From a virus (taxonomy: Duplodnaviria > Caudoviricetes): a DNA stretch of 31,912 nucleotides. The notes below the pieces were generated by a model. That model was given only the letters and a program-made list of their open reading frames with translations, made no database searches and was not told the origin of the DNA. Shown here one piece after another: positions 6,428 through 15,579 of the stretch. Numbering within the stretch: the stretch's first letter is position 1; the number at the start of each line of letters is the position of its first letter. Position numbers and translations under genes: made by a program. The stretch spans positions 1-31,912 of IMG/VR virus record IMGVR_UViG_3300032227_000840. One strand, written 5' to 3'.

Positions 6428-6450
6428 GAAGGTCCGCATGGAGGCGGATC

Positions 6451-6894
6451 GTGGAGTTCACCGTCGAGATACCAGGCGAAGCCGTTCCGCAGCCGCGGGC
6501 ACGAAGCACCCGCGGCGGTCGCATGTACACGCCGGACAACGGGATCGTGGCGTTCAAGCAGGCGGTCGGCCTGCTCGTGAAGGCCGAGGCGGCACGGCGG
6601 AGGATCTCACTGGACGATTCCTCCGCGTTCGTCCTCGAGGTCGTCTGTGTGTTCGGCCGCCCACTTTCCCACCTGACCACCTCGGGCGATCTGCGGACGA
6701 CGGCTCCGGCCTGGCCGGGCCTGCGGTGTGGCGACTGGGACAATCTCGCGAAAGGCGTCGCGGACGCGATCACGAAGACCGGGGCCGTGTGGAAGGACGA
6801 CTCGCAGGTCGTCGAGGGCCGCTGCCTGAAACGCTACGCGATTTGTGGGGAAGGACCGCGGACAGGGATCACGATCCGGAGGCTGCCTCCGTGA
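6451..6894 (+). CDS. rusA: RusA-family Holliday junction resolvase
   Basis: PQPRAR N-terminal motif, DWDNLAKGVADA and WKDDSQVV catalytic Asp motifs. Confidence 0.9.
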   Translation: MEFTVEIPGEAVPQPRARSTRGGRMYTPDNGIVAFKQAVGLLVKAEAARRRISLDDSSAFVLEVVCVFGRPLSHLTTSGDLRTTAPAWPGLRCGDWDNLAKGVADAITKTGAVWKDDSQVVEGRCLKRYAICGEGPRTGITIRRLPP

Positions 6895-7235
6895 CACGCC
6901 GCAGGCTCGCGGACGGTGATCGCGTTCTGACGACGGCCGAGGAGCGGATCGTCCGGAGAGCGATCGCCGGCGGAGCAACGCGAGCCGAGGCGGCCGCGGC
7001 CGCGGGTGTTCCGGTGAAGCGGGTCTACCGTGCCCTTCACGGTCAACTCTCCGACCTGCCTCCTGGGAAGCACGGCCCACGACCTGGCGTCGAGTATCCG
7101 CCCCAGCCGGAGTTCGTCGACCTTCCCGTCGAGGAAATCTACCGTCGCGCTGCCGAGCTGCGGGCCGAGCGATGGGGCGAGGACGAGACCGCGACCAGGT
7201 GGAACCCGAGATTCACCCCGCTAGACGACGCGTAG
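6891..7235 (+). CDS. Helix-turn-helix protein, possible late regulator
   Basis: GTGA overlap; GATRAEAAAAAGVPVKRVYRAL HTH pattern; last gene before the structural operon. Confidence 0.6.
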   Translation: MTRRRLADGDRVLTTAEERIVRRAIAGGATRAEAAAAAGVPVKRVYRALHGQLSDLPPGKHGPRPGVEYPPQPEFVDLPVEEIYRRAAELRAERWGEDETATRWNPRFTPLDDA

Positions 7236-7238
7236 GCT
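7208..7238 (+). promoter_or_regulatory. Putative late promoter motif, copy 1
   Basis: GAGATTC-N18-TAGGCT, ending 8 nt before ATG 7246. Confidence 0.55.
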
Positions 7239-7245
7239 TTTCGTC

Positions 7246-7566
7246 ATGGCTACCGTATCCGCAACGCCCGGCACGCTGAACATCATCGTGAAGCAAGGCC
7301 AGGCCGTGTCGCAACTGCTCGACTTCTCGATCGCCCTCACCGGCTACACGTTCTCGGCCGAGATCGTGTCGGCCGTGACGTTCGCGACCGTCCAGGCCCT
7401 GACGGTGTCGACGGTGAATCTCGCGACCGGTCAGGTGAACGTCGGGCTGTCGGCCGCCAACGCGGCGAACGTCGCGGCCGGGACGTATCTCTGGCGGCTC
7501 GTCTGGACGCCGGCCGCGGGCAACGCCCAGACGGCCCTCGAGGGGATCTGGGAGGTCGTCCGCTGA
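7246..7566 (+). CDS. Putative virion structural protein (beta-rich, adaptor-like)
   Basis: LNIIVKQG...GTYLWRLVW...LEGIWEV pattern; precedes the collagen-like gene. Confidence 0.6.
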   Translation: MATVSATPGTLNIIVKQGQAVSQLLDFSIALTGYTFSAEIVSAVTFATVQALTVSTVNLATGQVNVGLSAANAANVAAGTYLWRLVWTPAAGNAQTALEGIWEVVR

Positions 7567-8165
7567 TGCCGATCGAAGTATCCGTTACCGATCAGAACGT
7601 CCAGGTCTCCACCAGCGGCCAGACGGTGAACGCGTCGGTCTCTGGTGGCGTCGGGCCTGCCGGGCCGACCGGGGCCACCGGCGCGACTGGAGCAACGGGT
7701 CCGGCCGGGGCCACGGGGCCTGCGGGGCCTACAGGAGCTGCCGGCCCGACGGGGTCCACGGGATCGCCTGGCGCGACCGGAGCCACGGGAGCCACCGGGG
7801 CCACGGGTCCGGCAGGGGCGACGACCTGGGCCGGCATCACCGACAAGCCCGCGACGTTCGCGCCGTCGAGCCACACACACGCCGCGAGCGCGATCACAAG
7901 CGGGACGCTCGACGCTCAACGGCTCCCGAGCGGAGTATGGGCTGGCTTTGTCCAGTACGGAAACTCTTTGCTCGATACGAACCTGACCGTCTCCGGTGAC
8001 TTCGAGTCGGAGGGGACAGTGGTCGCGGCTCAGTTCGCCGGACCGATAAGCGCGGACTACATCACTGGCGGCACAATCTCTGATTCCTGCCTGTCCGCGA
8101 ACGTTACCGCTGCCGTGGTCGCTGGCGAATCGTTCCTACATCCTTTCCTGACCGGGGGACTTTGA
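7566..8165 (+). CDS. Collagen-like fibre protein
   Basis: About 19 Gly-X-Y repeats, then the fibre motif [28 protein letters not shown]. Confidence 0.85.
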   Translation: MPIEVSVTDQNVQVSTSGQTVNASVSGGVGPAGPTGATGATGATGPAGATGPAGPTGAAGPTGSTGSPGATGATGATGATGPAGATTWAGITDKPATFAPSSHTHAASAITSGTLDAQRLPSGVWAGFVQYGNSLLDTNLTVSGDFESEGTVVAAQFAGPISADYITGGTISDSCLSANVTAAVVAGESFLHPFLTGGL

Positions 8166-8494
8166 TGCCGTCCACCTACAAAGTTCTGGGGCAGTCGAAC
8201 CCTGCCGCGACAACGGCGACAACGCTCTACAGTGTCCCCGCGTCACGGGCTGCCGTCGCCTCGACGCTCTCCGTCTGTAACCAGGGAGCATCGTCCGCGA
8301 CGTTCCGTGTCGCCGTCCGGCCTGCCGGGGCGACGCTGGCGGCGACTCATTACCTCGTTTTCGACTCGTCGCTGACTGCGAACGACTCCGCATTCCTGAC
8401 GCTCGGTATCACGCTGGCGACCACGGATGTAGTGACCGTCTACGCGTCGTCGGCCTCGCTGTCGTTCTCGCTCTTCGGGTCTGAAATCTCGTGA
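8165..8494 (+). CDS. Putative structural protein
   Basis: TGATG coupling; Thr/Ala/Ser-rich beta protein [22 protein letters not shown]...FSLFGSEIS. Confidence 0.7.
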   Translation: MPSTYKVLGQSNPAATTATTLYSVPASRAAVASTLSVCNQGASSATFRVAVRPAGATLAATHYLVFDSSLTANDSAFLTLGITLATTDVVTVYASSASLSFSLFGSEIS

Positions 8495-9378
8495 CCGTAT
8501 CCAACGCCTCGACGATCCGCCGCGTCTCGACGCTTCGGCTCGCCCCGATACATCCGGAGGCGGCCGACTGGTCTACTCGAGTAGCGGCGCAGGGGGCGAG
8601 CGTATCGACGGCCACGCTCGCGAACGTTAGCCGTCTGTGCTACGCGATCGACGCGGCCGGGATTCGTGATCGGTTTCTGCGGCTGAATGTCTTTAGTGGC
8701 ACGGGGCTAAACGCCGCGATTACTCCGCTGTTTCGCGGGCGAAGCCTGACGGGGACACAGTTTGGCGGAACGGTCGATACCAACGCTGGCGGCGCGAGTG
8801 CGTTCGTGTCTGGCGATTACTCGGAATCGGTGGGGCTGACGGGCACGGGAACAAAGCATCTAGACACGGGATTCTCCACTTCGCTGGTGACGGCGGCGCA
8901 GTGGGAATCCATGCACTTTTCTGGGTGGCATGGCCCAATCGCGGCAATAAATACCGACCCGTTCATCGTCGGAATGTTCGGATCGGATCGCTACGGTATG
9001 CAACTTAGTATTCGCACCGCTTCGCTAGCCTACGAAACCGGCCGAGCGGGAAGGACAGCGACCGTAGTGGCAACCTCTGGAGTTCAAGGGGCGAAGCCGT
9101 CCGCGTTTCTGCTGAATCAGCGCACATCTACGGTCTCGCAAGAACTGTATCGCAACGGCACTCTAGAGGTGACAAGCGCGACCGCTGTGACGGCAATCGT
9201 TTCGCAATCGTTTCCGTTTTTTGTGTTCGCGTACAACAACAGCGGCGCAAGAGCGGGCGACCAACCCGGCACGCCGCTGCGGCATTACTCCATCGGCCTT
9301 GCCATGACTGCCGCGCAGGTCGCCGCGTTCTACTCCGCGATGCTCGCGTTCAATACCTCAATGGGGCGAACGTCGTGA
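8491..9378 (+). CDS. Putative fibre/receptor-binding protein (lectin/LamG-like beta sandwich)
   Basis: GTGA coupling; ELYRNG and MTAAQVAAFY motifs typical of concanavalin-like domains. Confidence 0.55.
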   Translation: MTVSNASTIRRVSTLRLAPIHPEAADWSTRVAAQGASVSTATLANVSRLCYAIDAAGIRDRFLRLNVFSGTGLNAAITPLFRGRSLTGTQFGGTVDTNAGGASAFVSGDYSESVGLTGTGTKHLDTGFSTSLVTAAQWESMHFSGWHGPIAAINTDPFIVGMFGSDRYGMQLSIRTASLAYETGRAGRTATVVATSGVQGAKPSAFLLNQRTSTVSQELYRNGTLEVTSATAVTAIVSQSFPFFVFAYNNSGARAGDQPGTPLRHYSIGLAMTAAQVAAFYSAMLAFNTSMGRTS

Positions 9379-9692
9379 CGCTCGACCAGATACCGCTACC
9401 GCTGTCCTACGAAGATTCGCGAACGCTCGCGCTCGTGTATCCCTACGAGATCGCGCTGGCGCTATATCAACTTCAAACGGAGTACGGCGACCCGCGGCAC
9501 GTCCACCAAGGCGTCCAGCTCACCGATGGCCGATATTGCCTATGCGGTGACATTCTCAGCGAGGTCGGGCCTGGCGGGCTCCTCGAGGGTCTCTTCTCGC
9601 ACATCACGCCCGACATGATGTCGGCCGTCGACGTGATCCCATGGGCTGACGCGGCCGCTCTCATGCCACCGGTCGAGGCCGACCCCCTGTGA
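9375..9692 (+). CDS. Hypothetical protein
   Basis: GTGA-coupled on both sides; 105 aa, acidic. Confidence 0.7.
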   Translation: MTLDQIPLPLSYEDSRTLALVYPYEIALALYQLQTEYGDPRHVHQGVQLTDGRYCLCGDILSEVGPGGLLEGLFSHITPDMMSAVDVIPWADAAALMPPVEADPL

Positions 9693-9985
9693 CGCAACGC
9701 GTCGAACGCTGGCAGCCTCCGCGTATGCGTCGCACGACCGCGACCAAGGAGGTCGCCCACTACAGGACGGCCGACTGGAAGGCTCGCCGGCTGCGGATCC
9801 TGCGGAGGGACGCGTTCGTGTGTCGGTCCTGCGGTCGCGTGGTCTACGGCCAGGCCGCCCACGTCGACCACATCGTCCCCCTCGAAGAAGGCGGGACAGA
9901 CGACGACGAGAATCTTCAAACGCTGTGCCAGTCGTGCCACGGCACGAAGACGCGGGAAGAGCAGCGGAGGCGAGGCAGGCTGTGA
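9689..9985 (+). CDS. Packaging-associated HNH endonuclease
   Basis: RDAFVCRSC..HVDHIVPLEEGG..NLQTLCQSCHGTKT, upstream of the terminase. Confidence 0.92.
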   Translation: MTQRVERWQPPRMRRTTATKEVAHYRTADWKARRLRILRRDAFVCRSCGRVVYGQAAHVDHIVPLEEGGTDDDENLQTLCQSCHGTKTREEQRRRGRL

Positions 9986-10449
9986 TCCACATCGTCACCG
10001 GCCATATCTGCTCAGGGAAGACGACGTTCGTCCGCGAGCACGCGAGACGCGGCGACGTGATCATCGACATGGATGTCCTCGCCCATGCCATGACGACCGA
10101 CGACATCGCGGACCACGACTACCCCGACCACGTCGGCGAGATCGCGAGGGCCGCTCGCTGGCACGCGATCGACGCCGCGGTCCGGCTTCACTCCTCGGGG
10201 ACGTTCGACGTGTGGATCGTCCACGCGTATCCCGAGACACGCGACTACGTCACCTATCGACGCATGTCGGCCACATGGCACGAGATGGAGGCGGAGCATG
10301 GCACGCTCCGCGATCGGGCCACACGCGAGCGGCCAGAGCGGTTCCGTCGCGTCCTCGAGGCCCGGATGGCCGAGGGGGTGGGGTCGGCCGCGGGTCCAAA
10401 AAAGGACGGAAGACCCCACGAGCCCTCGACGCGAATATTTGGGGAGTAA
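9982..10449 (+). CDS. P-loop NTPase/kinase-like protein
   Basis: GTG start; IHIVTGHICSGKTT Walker A and IIDMD. Confidence 0.75.
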   Translation: MIHIVTGHICSGKTTFVREHARRGDVIIDMDVLAHAMTTDDIADHDYPDHVGEIARAARWHAIDAAVRLHSSGTFDVWIVHAYPETRDYVTYRRMSATWHEMEAEHGTLRDRATRERPERFRRVLEARMAEGVGSAAGPKKDGRPHEPSTRIFGE

Positions 10450-10455
10450 CAAAAA

Positions 10456-10938
10456 ATGGGAAGTAGAGGTCCGGCCCCGCAGCCCGGCAGCTCCGAGAGC
10501 AAACGCGGCCGAAACACGATGTACCGGAAGACCCCGGCCGTCGTGCCGGCCGCAGGCGTCGCCGTCCCCGCGAGCGTCCAGCTCGTGCCGGCGGCCGCCG
10601 CGTTCTGGGACCGCGTCGCCCCGACGCTGATCGCCGACGGCCGACTCGTCCCCGAGCAGGCCGACGCGTTCGCGATCCTGTGCCGGCTTCACTCCGAGAT
10701 CCGCCTCCTCGAGGACCAGGTCCTGGCCGAGGGCTTCGTCACCGCGACCGACAAGGGTCAGGCCGCGAGCCCTGTCGCGAAACTGCTCCGTGACTCGCGC
10801 CGCGACTTCGTCACACTGGCGAGGGACTTCGGACTGACGGCAGCCGCTGCCGCCCGTATCCCGCAGGATCCCAAGAATGGCGAAGAAGAAGACGACCCCG
10901 AAGCCGCGATCCTCGCGAAGCTCTCCGTCCGCGGGTAA
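10456..10938 (+). CDS. terS: Terminase small subunit (P27-like)
   Basis: MGSRGPAP N-terminus, SPVAKLL..LARDFGLTAAAAARI motif; directly before terL. Confidence 0.85.
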   Translation: MGSRGPAPQPGSSESKRGRNTMYRKTPAVVPAAGVAVPASVQLVPAAAAFWDRVAPTLIADGRLVPEQADAFAILCRLHSEIRLLEDQVLAEGFVTATDKGQAASPVAKLLRDSRRDFVTLARDFGLTAAAAARIPQDPKNGEEEDDPEAAILAKLSVRG

Positions 10939-12523
10939 GCCGCTCGACCCGAAGAAGCGGCCGGAGTATCTGCCCGGCTACAAGTGGGACGAGGACGCGG
11001 CCCAGGCCCCGGTCGACTTCGTCCAGGGGCTGTGTCGACACCCAGACGAACGCGGAGGAGATCCGAAGCGTATCGAGCTGATCGAGTGGCAAGCCGAGAA
11101 GGTCCTCCGTCCGCTCTTCGGCTGGCGTCGCCCCGACGGCCGCCTCCGGTTCCGTCGCGCCGGGATCTTCGTCCCCAAGAAAAATAGGAAGAGTTCCCTT
11201 ATGAGCCAGTTGGCTCAATACATGGCGACGTGTCACGCTCCGGCCCAGGACGTTTTCCTCGCGGCGAACGACCGGCTCCAGGCTCGGACGATGTATCGCA
11301 TGGTCCGCCAGTCGGTCGAGGCGAGCCCGCAGCTATCGAAGCGGCTCGAGGTCGTCGACTCGCGGAGCATCATCAGGAACCGCGAGACCGGGAAGGAGAT
11401 CCGCTGTCTGTCCTCCGACTCGTGGCGGAACGAAGGCCTGAACGGATCGGTGATCCTCGACGAGATACATAGTTTCCGCTCGCCTGATCTGGTCGACGCG
11501 TTGATCTACGCGACCCGCGGCACGGCGAACGGTCTCGTGATCTCGATCTCGACGGCCGGCTCCGACCGAAACGGGATCGGCTGGCGCTGGTGGCAGGACT
11601 GCGAGCTGGTGATCAAAGACCCGAAGGCGAACCCGACCTTCTACGGTCTGATCTACGCGGCCGACGAGTCGGACGACTTCTCCGACCCGAAGGTCTGGCG
11701 GAAAGCCAATCCTTCGATGGGGGTCGCGTTCCCCGAGGACGAGTTCGCGGCCGACTACCAGGACGCGACGACCGACCCGCGGAAGATGAGCAAGTTTCTC
11801 CGCTACTCGCTGAACGTCTGGCAGGCCGGCGACTCGCGCTGGTTCGTCCCGCCGCTCGACTGGTCGGCCTGCTCCGCCGGTCCGCTCGATCCGACCGAGG
11901 GCCGGCCGTGCTGGGTCGGCGTCGACCTGGCGTCGAATCTCGACATGACGGCGGCCGCGTTCGTGTTCAAAGAGTCGGACGGCTCCTATTCGGTCGAGTG
12001 GAAATACTGGGTCCCACGCGAGACCGTGGCCGACCGCGTCCGCGAGGGAATCCCCTACGACTCCTGGATCCGTGACGGATGGGTGACCGTCACCGACGGC
12101 CATCGGCTCGATCACGAGAGCGTCGCTCGCGACATCATCGCGTATGGCGAGACCCACGAGATCAAGGCCGTGGGCTGCGACCCGTGGCAGGCCGGAGCCC
12201 TCGAGACGCTGCTCCAGCGTGAAGGGATCACGACGAAGGACATAGCGCAAAAAACGTCGACGCTCAACTCGCCATGTAAACTCCTCGAGGCCCTGGTCGT
12301 CGAGAAGCGGCTCCGCACGGGCGGGAATCCGGTCGCCCAGTGGAACGCGAACAATTGCTGTGTCTACACCGATCCCACAGGGATGATTAAACCCGACAAG
12401 GCGAAGTCGACCGAGAAGATCGACGGCGTCGCCGCCCTCGTGAACGCGCTCGCCCTCGCGTCGACCGACGAGGACACGGGCGAGTCCGCGAACCTGGACG
12501 ACTGGAAGATCAGGATCATCTGA
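10877..12523 (+). CDS. terL: Terminase large subunit
   Basis: WQ motif, PKKNRKS P-loop, VILDEIH Walker B, ISTAG, WRKANPS, GVDLAS and KIDGVAA. Exact start uncertain. Confidence 0.95.
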   Translation: MAKKKTTPKPRSSRSSPSAGKPLDPKKRPEYLPGYKWDEDAAQAPVDFVQGLCRHPDERGGDPKRIELIEWQAEKVLRPLFGWRRPDGRLRFRRAGIFVPKKNRKSSLMSQLAQYMATCHAPAQDVFLAANDRLQARTMYRMVRQSVEASPQLSKRLEVVDSRSIIRNRETGKEIRCLSSDSWRNEGLNGSVILDEIHSFRSPDLVDALIYATRGTANGLVISISTAGSDRNGIGWRWWQDCELVIKDPKANPTFYGLIYAADESDDFSDPKVWRKANPSMGVAFPEDEFAADYQDATTDPRKMSKFLRYSLNVWQAGDSRWFVPPLDWSACSAGPLDPTEGRPCWVGVDLASNLDMTAAAFVFKESDGSYSVEWKYWVPRETVADRVREGIPYDSWIRDGWVTVTDGHRLDHESVARDIIAYGETHEIKAVGCDPWQAGALETLLQREGITTKDIAQKTSTLNSPCKLLEALVVEKRLRTGGNPVAQWNANNCCVYTDPTGMIKPDKAKSTEKIDGVAALVNALALASTDEDTGESANLDDWKIRII

Positions 12524-12525
12524 TC

Positions 12526-12556
12526 GAGATTCTGCCGGGGGATCGCGGGGGAAACT
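12526..12556 (+). promoter_or_regulatory. Putative late promoter motif, copy 2
   Basis: GAGATTC-N18-GAAACT, ending 8 nt before the portal ATG. Confidence 0.5.
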
Positions 12557-12563
12557 GGCGGAC

Positions 12564-13922
12564 ATGCCCAGCCCCAAGAATCGCCGCCCGTCCACCACTG
12601 GAGGCCGCGGCAGCCGACGCCGGACTCCGGCCAAGGCCGCCGCGGCCCCACGCGTGATACAGGTCCGCGGTACGTCGCTATCGTCGCCCGGAAGCTGGGG
12701 CTCGATCCTGCCGTCGGCTGTCGGCCCCGAGACCGCCGTCCGCGTGTCGGCGATCTTCGGCGTCGTCCGCTGGATCGCCCAGGCCGTCGGGATCTGCCCG
12801 ATGCAGATCATGCAGGAGCGGCCCGACGGTCGCCGGCAGAAGGCCGATCTACCCTGTGCCTACACGCTGCGGAAGCGGCCGAACCGCTGGCAGTCGGCGT
12901 GGGATTTCTACACGCTTCAGGCCTACTGGACCGCGCTCCACGGCAACGGCTACGCGAGGATCATGCCTGGCGACCGCGGCTGGATGACTCAACTCATTCC
13001 ACTCCATCCGTCGCGAGTTGTGGTCGAGCAGAACGCCGACTACTCCCTGGCCTACAAGTTCTGGAACGACAAGGGAATCTGGGAGCCGCTCGCCCAGGAG
13101 CAGGTCCTTCACTGGCGGTGGATCTCCGACAACGGGATCGTCGGTCACGCCCCGGCCGAGATGAACGCGACGAGTATCAACCTGGCCCGCCAGCTCGACA
13201 CCGCGGCTACCGCGTTCTGGTCGAACAGCGCGAGGCCCGACATGGTCCTCGAGACCGACGAGAAGATCCCCGACGCGGCGGTCGACGCGATTCGAGACGC
13301 TCTCCAGGAAGCCTACGGCGGGGCCGCGAATCGCGGCCGTGCTGCCGTGCTGCCGAAGAAGACGCGACTAAAGCCGATCGAGAGTAACTCGATGGAGGCG
13401 TCGCAGTTCCAGGAGCTGCGGGACGCGATCCTGCCAGACGTGTGTCGACACTGGGGCGTCCCTTCGACGCTCCTGGGCGACGCGAAGATGAACAAATACA
13501 GCACGGTCGAGCAGGAGCACCTATCCGCCCAAGTCTGGTGCCTCCTGCCGTGGGCTCGCCGGATGGAATCGCCGATCGACATGGCGCTCCAGCCGGTCTA
13601 TGGCGAGAACACCTACGCGAAGCTCGACACCCGCGGGATCCTGCGGGCCGACACCGCGGGCCGGGCTGCCCTCTATCAGTCGCTCTGGAACATGGGCGCG
13701 ATCACGCCAAACGAGATCCGCGACCGCGAAGACTTCGAGCTGCTCGACACCGAGGCCGCGAACCAGACCTACGTCCAGCTCGGGTTCTCCACGCTCGACG
13801 CCGCGGCCGCCCAGGCCGGGGCCGCCGGGGGCGAGCCGCCGGCTGCCGTCACCGACACGCCGGCGGCCGACACGACTCCAGCCGATCCGCAGACGACGCC
13901 CGACGCCACGATGGGGACCTGA
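12564..13922 (+). CDS. HK97-family portal protein
   Basis: KRPNRWQS, LHGNGY, LHPSRV, SQFQE, WGVP..LLG and ITPNEIR motifs. Confidence 0.95.
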   Translation: MPSPKNRRPSTTGGRGSRRRTPAKAAAAPRVIQVRGTSLSSPGSWGSILPSAVGPETAVRVSAIFGVVRWIAQAVGICPMQIMQERPDGRRQKADLPCAYTLRKRPNRWQSAWDFYTLQAYWTALHGNGYARIMPGDRGWMTQLIPLHPSRVVVEQNADYSLAYKFWNDKGIWEPLAQEQVLHWRWISDNGIVGHAPAEMNATSINLARQLDTAATAFWSNSARPDMVLETDEKIPDAAVDAIRDALQEAYGGAANRGRAAVLPKKTRLKPIESNSMEASQFQELRDAILPDVCRHWGVPSTLLGDAKMNKYSTVEQEHLSAQVWCLLPWARRMESPIDMALQPVYGENTYAKLDTRGILRADTAGRAALYQSLWNMGAITPNEIRDREDFELLDTEAANQTYVQLGFSTLDAAAAQAGAAGGEPPAAVTDTPAADTTPADPQTTPDATMGT

Positions 13923-13924
13923 CG

Positions 13925-14911
13925 ATGTCGCAACAGATCGAGACCCGCTACCTCTCGCAGTCGGCCGACCCTGATGTGGAGCTGCGGCTGGAGACCCGCG
14001 ACGACGGCCGCCCGGTGATCGTCGGCATGGCCCCGCCATGGAACAAGTGGTCGGTGGACCTGGGCGGGTTCAAAGAACGCTTCATGCCCGGGGCATTCCG
14101 GAAGTACCTCGACCGATCGCCGAACGACCCGCGAGGCAAGGCCGACGTGGTCGCGAAGTACAACCACATGGACTCCGCCGTCCTCGGCCGGACGACCAAC
14201 GGCACGCTCGACATCCAGGAGACCGAAAAGGGTCTCGTGTTCCGGGCGACCCCGCCGGTCGGCACGCCGACCACGGCCGAGGTCGTGCCCCTGATCCGCG
14301 ACCGCTACATCTTCGGGTCCTCGTTCGCCTTCTCGCTGACCGAGGCCCGTGGCGAGTCGTGGGACGAGGATCCCGCCGGCAACGTGACCAGGACGATCAC
14401 CGAGGCGGCCATCTTTGACGTGTCGCCGGTCACCCACGCCGCCTACCCGAACAGCTCCGTCGGCCTTCGCTCTCTCTCCGCATGGAAGGCAGCCCGTGGG
14501 CTCGTCCAGCACAGGGAGCAAGGCCGCGGGCTGCTAATCTCGCTCGACTACGACCGGACGTTCACCGCGGCCCCTGGCCTCTGGCGTTCGTTCGTCAACA
14601 TGGCGACGGCCGCCGGGAACCGCGTCGTATGTATCTCGCGACGCGAGGCGACCGACGAAAACCGCGAGGAGCTGCGGCTCGCGTTCGCGGACCTCGAGGT
14701 CGGAGACCTGATCCTCTGCGGGGCCGACACCCAGAAGCGCGACGCGGCCGCCCAGGCCGGGATCGCGGTCGACGTGTGGGTCGACGACTACCCCGAGGGA
14801 ATCGTGGCGGCCCAGGCCCCGGCGGCTCGCTCGTTCAAGGTCTCGACGCTCGCCGGATCGAAGGCTGCCGCCGCGGCCGCCGTCGCCCGGATGCGAATCA
14901 ACGCTGGCTAA
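13925..14911 (+). CDS. HK97-family prohead protease with C-terminal HAD-like domain
   Basis: LGGFKERF, YNH..VLGRT, GSSFAF and DVSPVTHAAYP, followed by ISLDYDRT...ISRR...VWVDDYPE. True start is MSQQIETR at 13925. Confidence 0.9.
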   Translation: MSQQIETRYLSQSADPDVELRLETRDDGRPVIVGMAPPWNKWSVDLGGFKERFMPGAFRKYLDRSPNDPRGKADVVAKYNHMDSAVLGRTTNGTLDIQETEKGLVFRATPPVGTPTTAEVVPLIRDRYIFGSSFAFSLTEARGESWDEDPAGNVTRTITEAAIFDVSPVTHAAYPNSSVGLRSLSAWKAARGLVQHREQGRGLLISLDYDRTFTAAPGLWRSFVNMATAAGNRVVCISRREATDENREELRLAFADLEVGDLILCGADTQKRDAAAQAGIAVDVWVDDYPEGIVAAQAPAARSFKVSTLAGSKAAAAAAVARMRINAG

Positions 14912-14923
14912 CAAGGGGAAGAC

Positions 14924-15430
14924 ATGCCGTCCGCTCTGACCGTTTCCGGGCTCCTCCGGATCGACTGCGCTCTAACGAACACCCAGACCATCGGGTCGGT
15001 CGAGGACGCGTCGGTCGTGCTGGAGAACATCGCGTTCGCGAACGGGACCGGAGCGAGCCAGGCGAATATCTACATCAGGAAGTCTGGGAGTGTCGTGTCG
15101 AACGGGAGCGACACGACGACGCTCGCGTCGGTGACTGTGCCGACCCAGTCGGGCACGACCTACACCGCGTCGATCGACCGGCTCCGGATGCTCTACGTCA
15201 AAAACACGAGCGCGGCTCAGTTTCTCCGCGTCGTGATGGCGAACACCGCGGACGATTCGATCTACGACGCGGAGGTCCATCCTGGAGGCGTTCTCTTTTG
15301 GAGTGTCGGGGTGTCGACGGTCGAATCCGCTCCAGGGGGAACGGCGATCGACAAGGTGACGATCTACGCTCCGTCGTCAAACACCGTCGCCGCTGCCTAC
15401 GACATGGTCCTCGTCGGGACGAAGACATGA
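14924..15430 (+). CDS. Putative structural/decoration protein
   Basis: AAGGGG RBS; Thr/Ser/Val-rich beta protein in the head module. Confidence 0.65.
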   Translation: MPSALTVSGLLRIDCALTNTQTIGSVEDASVVLENIAFANGTGASQANIYIRKSGSVVSNGSDTTTLASVTVPTQSGTTYTASIDRLRMLYVKNTSAAQFLRVVMANTADDSIYDAEVHPGGVLFWSVGVSTVESAPGGTAIDKVTIYAPSSNTVAAAYDMVLVGTKT

Positions 15431-15579
15431 GCCTATGCACGACCTGCGGCGGCCGCTGCCGCGTCGAGTCGAGCAAGCGGGCCGGCGACCGCCAGGTCCG
15501 ATACGTCGAATGCCAGACCTGCCGGCAACGTCGCCGCCAGGTCGTCCCCGCCAACGCCGTCTGGAGACGAAAACGATGA
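15427..15579 (+). CDS. Small zinc-ribbon protein (Ogr/Delta-like)
   Basis: MSLCTTCGGRCRVESS...VRYVECQTCRQRRRQ; ATGA overlaps at both ends. Confidence 0.65.
   Translation: MSLCTTCGGRCRVESSKRAGDRQVRYVECQTCRQRRRQVVPANAVWRRKR

Noticed and set aside
7646-7822. 9-bp-period tandem repeats
   Set aside because: Fully explained by collagen Gly-X-Y coding.
11333-12811. Long antisense and alternate-frame ORFs (e.g. 11333-12811, 27872-29002, 20499-21437, 14482-15426)
   Set aside because: These are shadows of real genes in high-GC DNA, with Arg/Pro/Gly-rich translations and no motifs.
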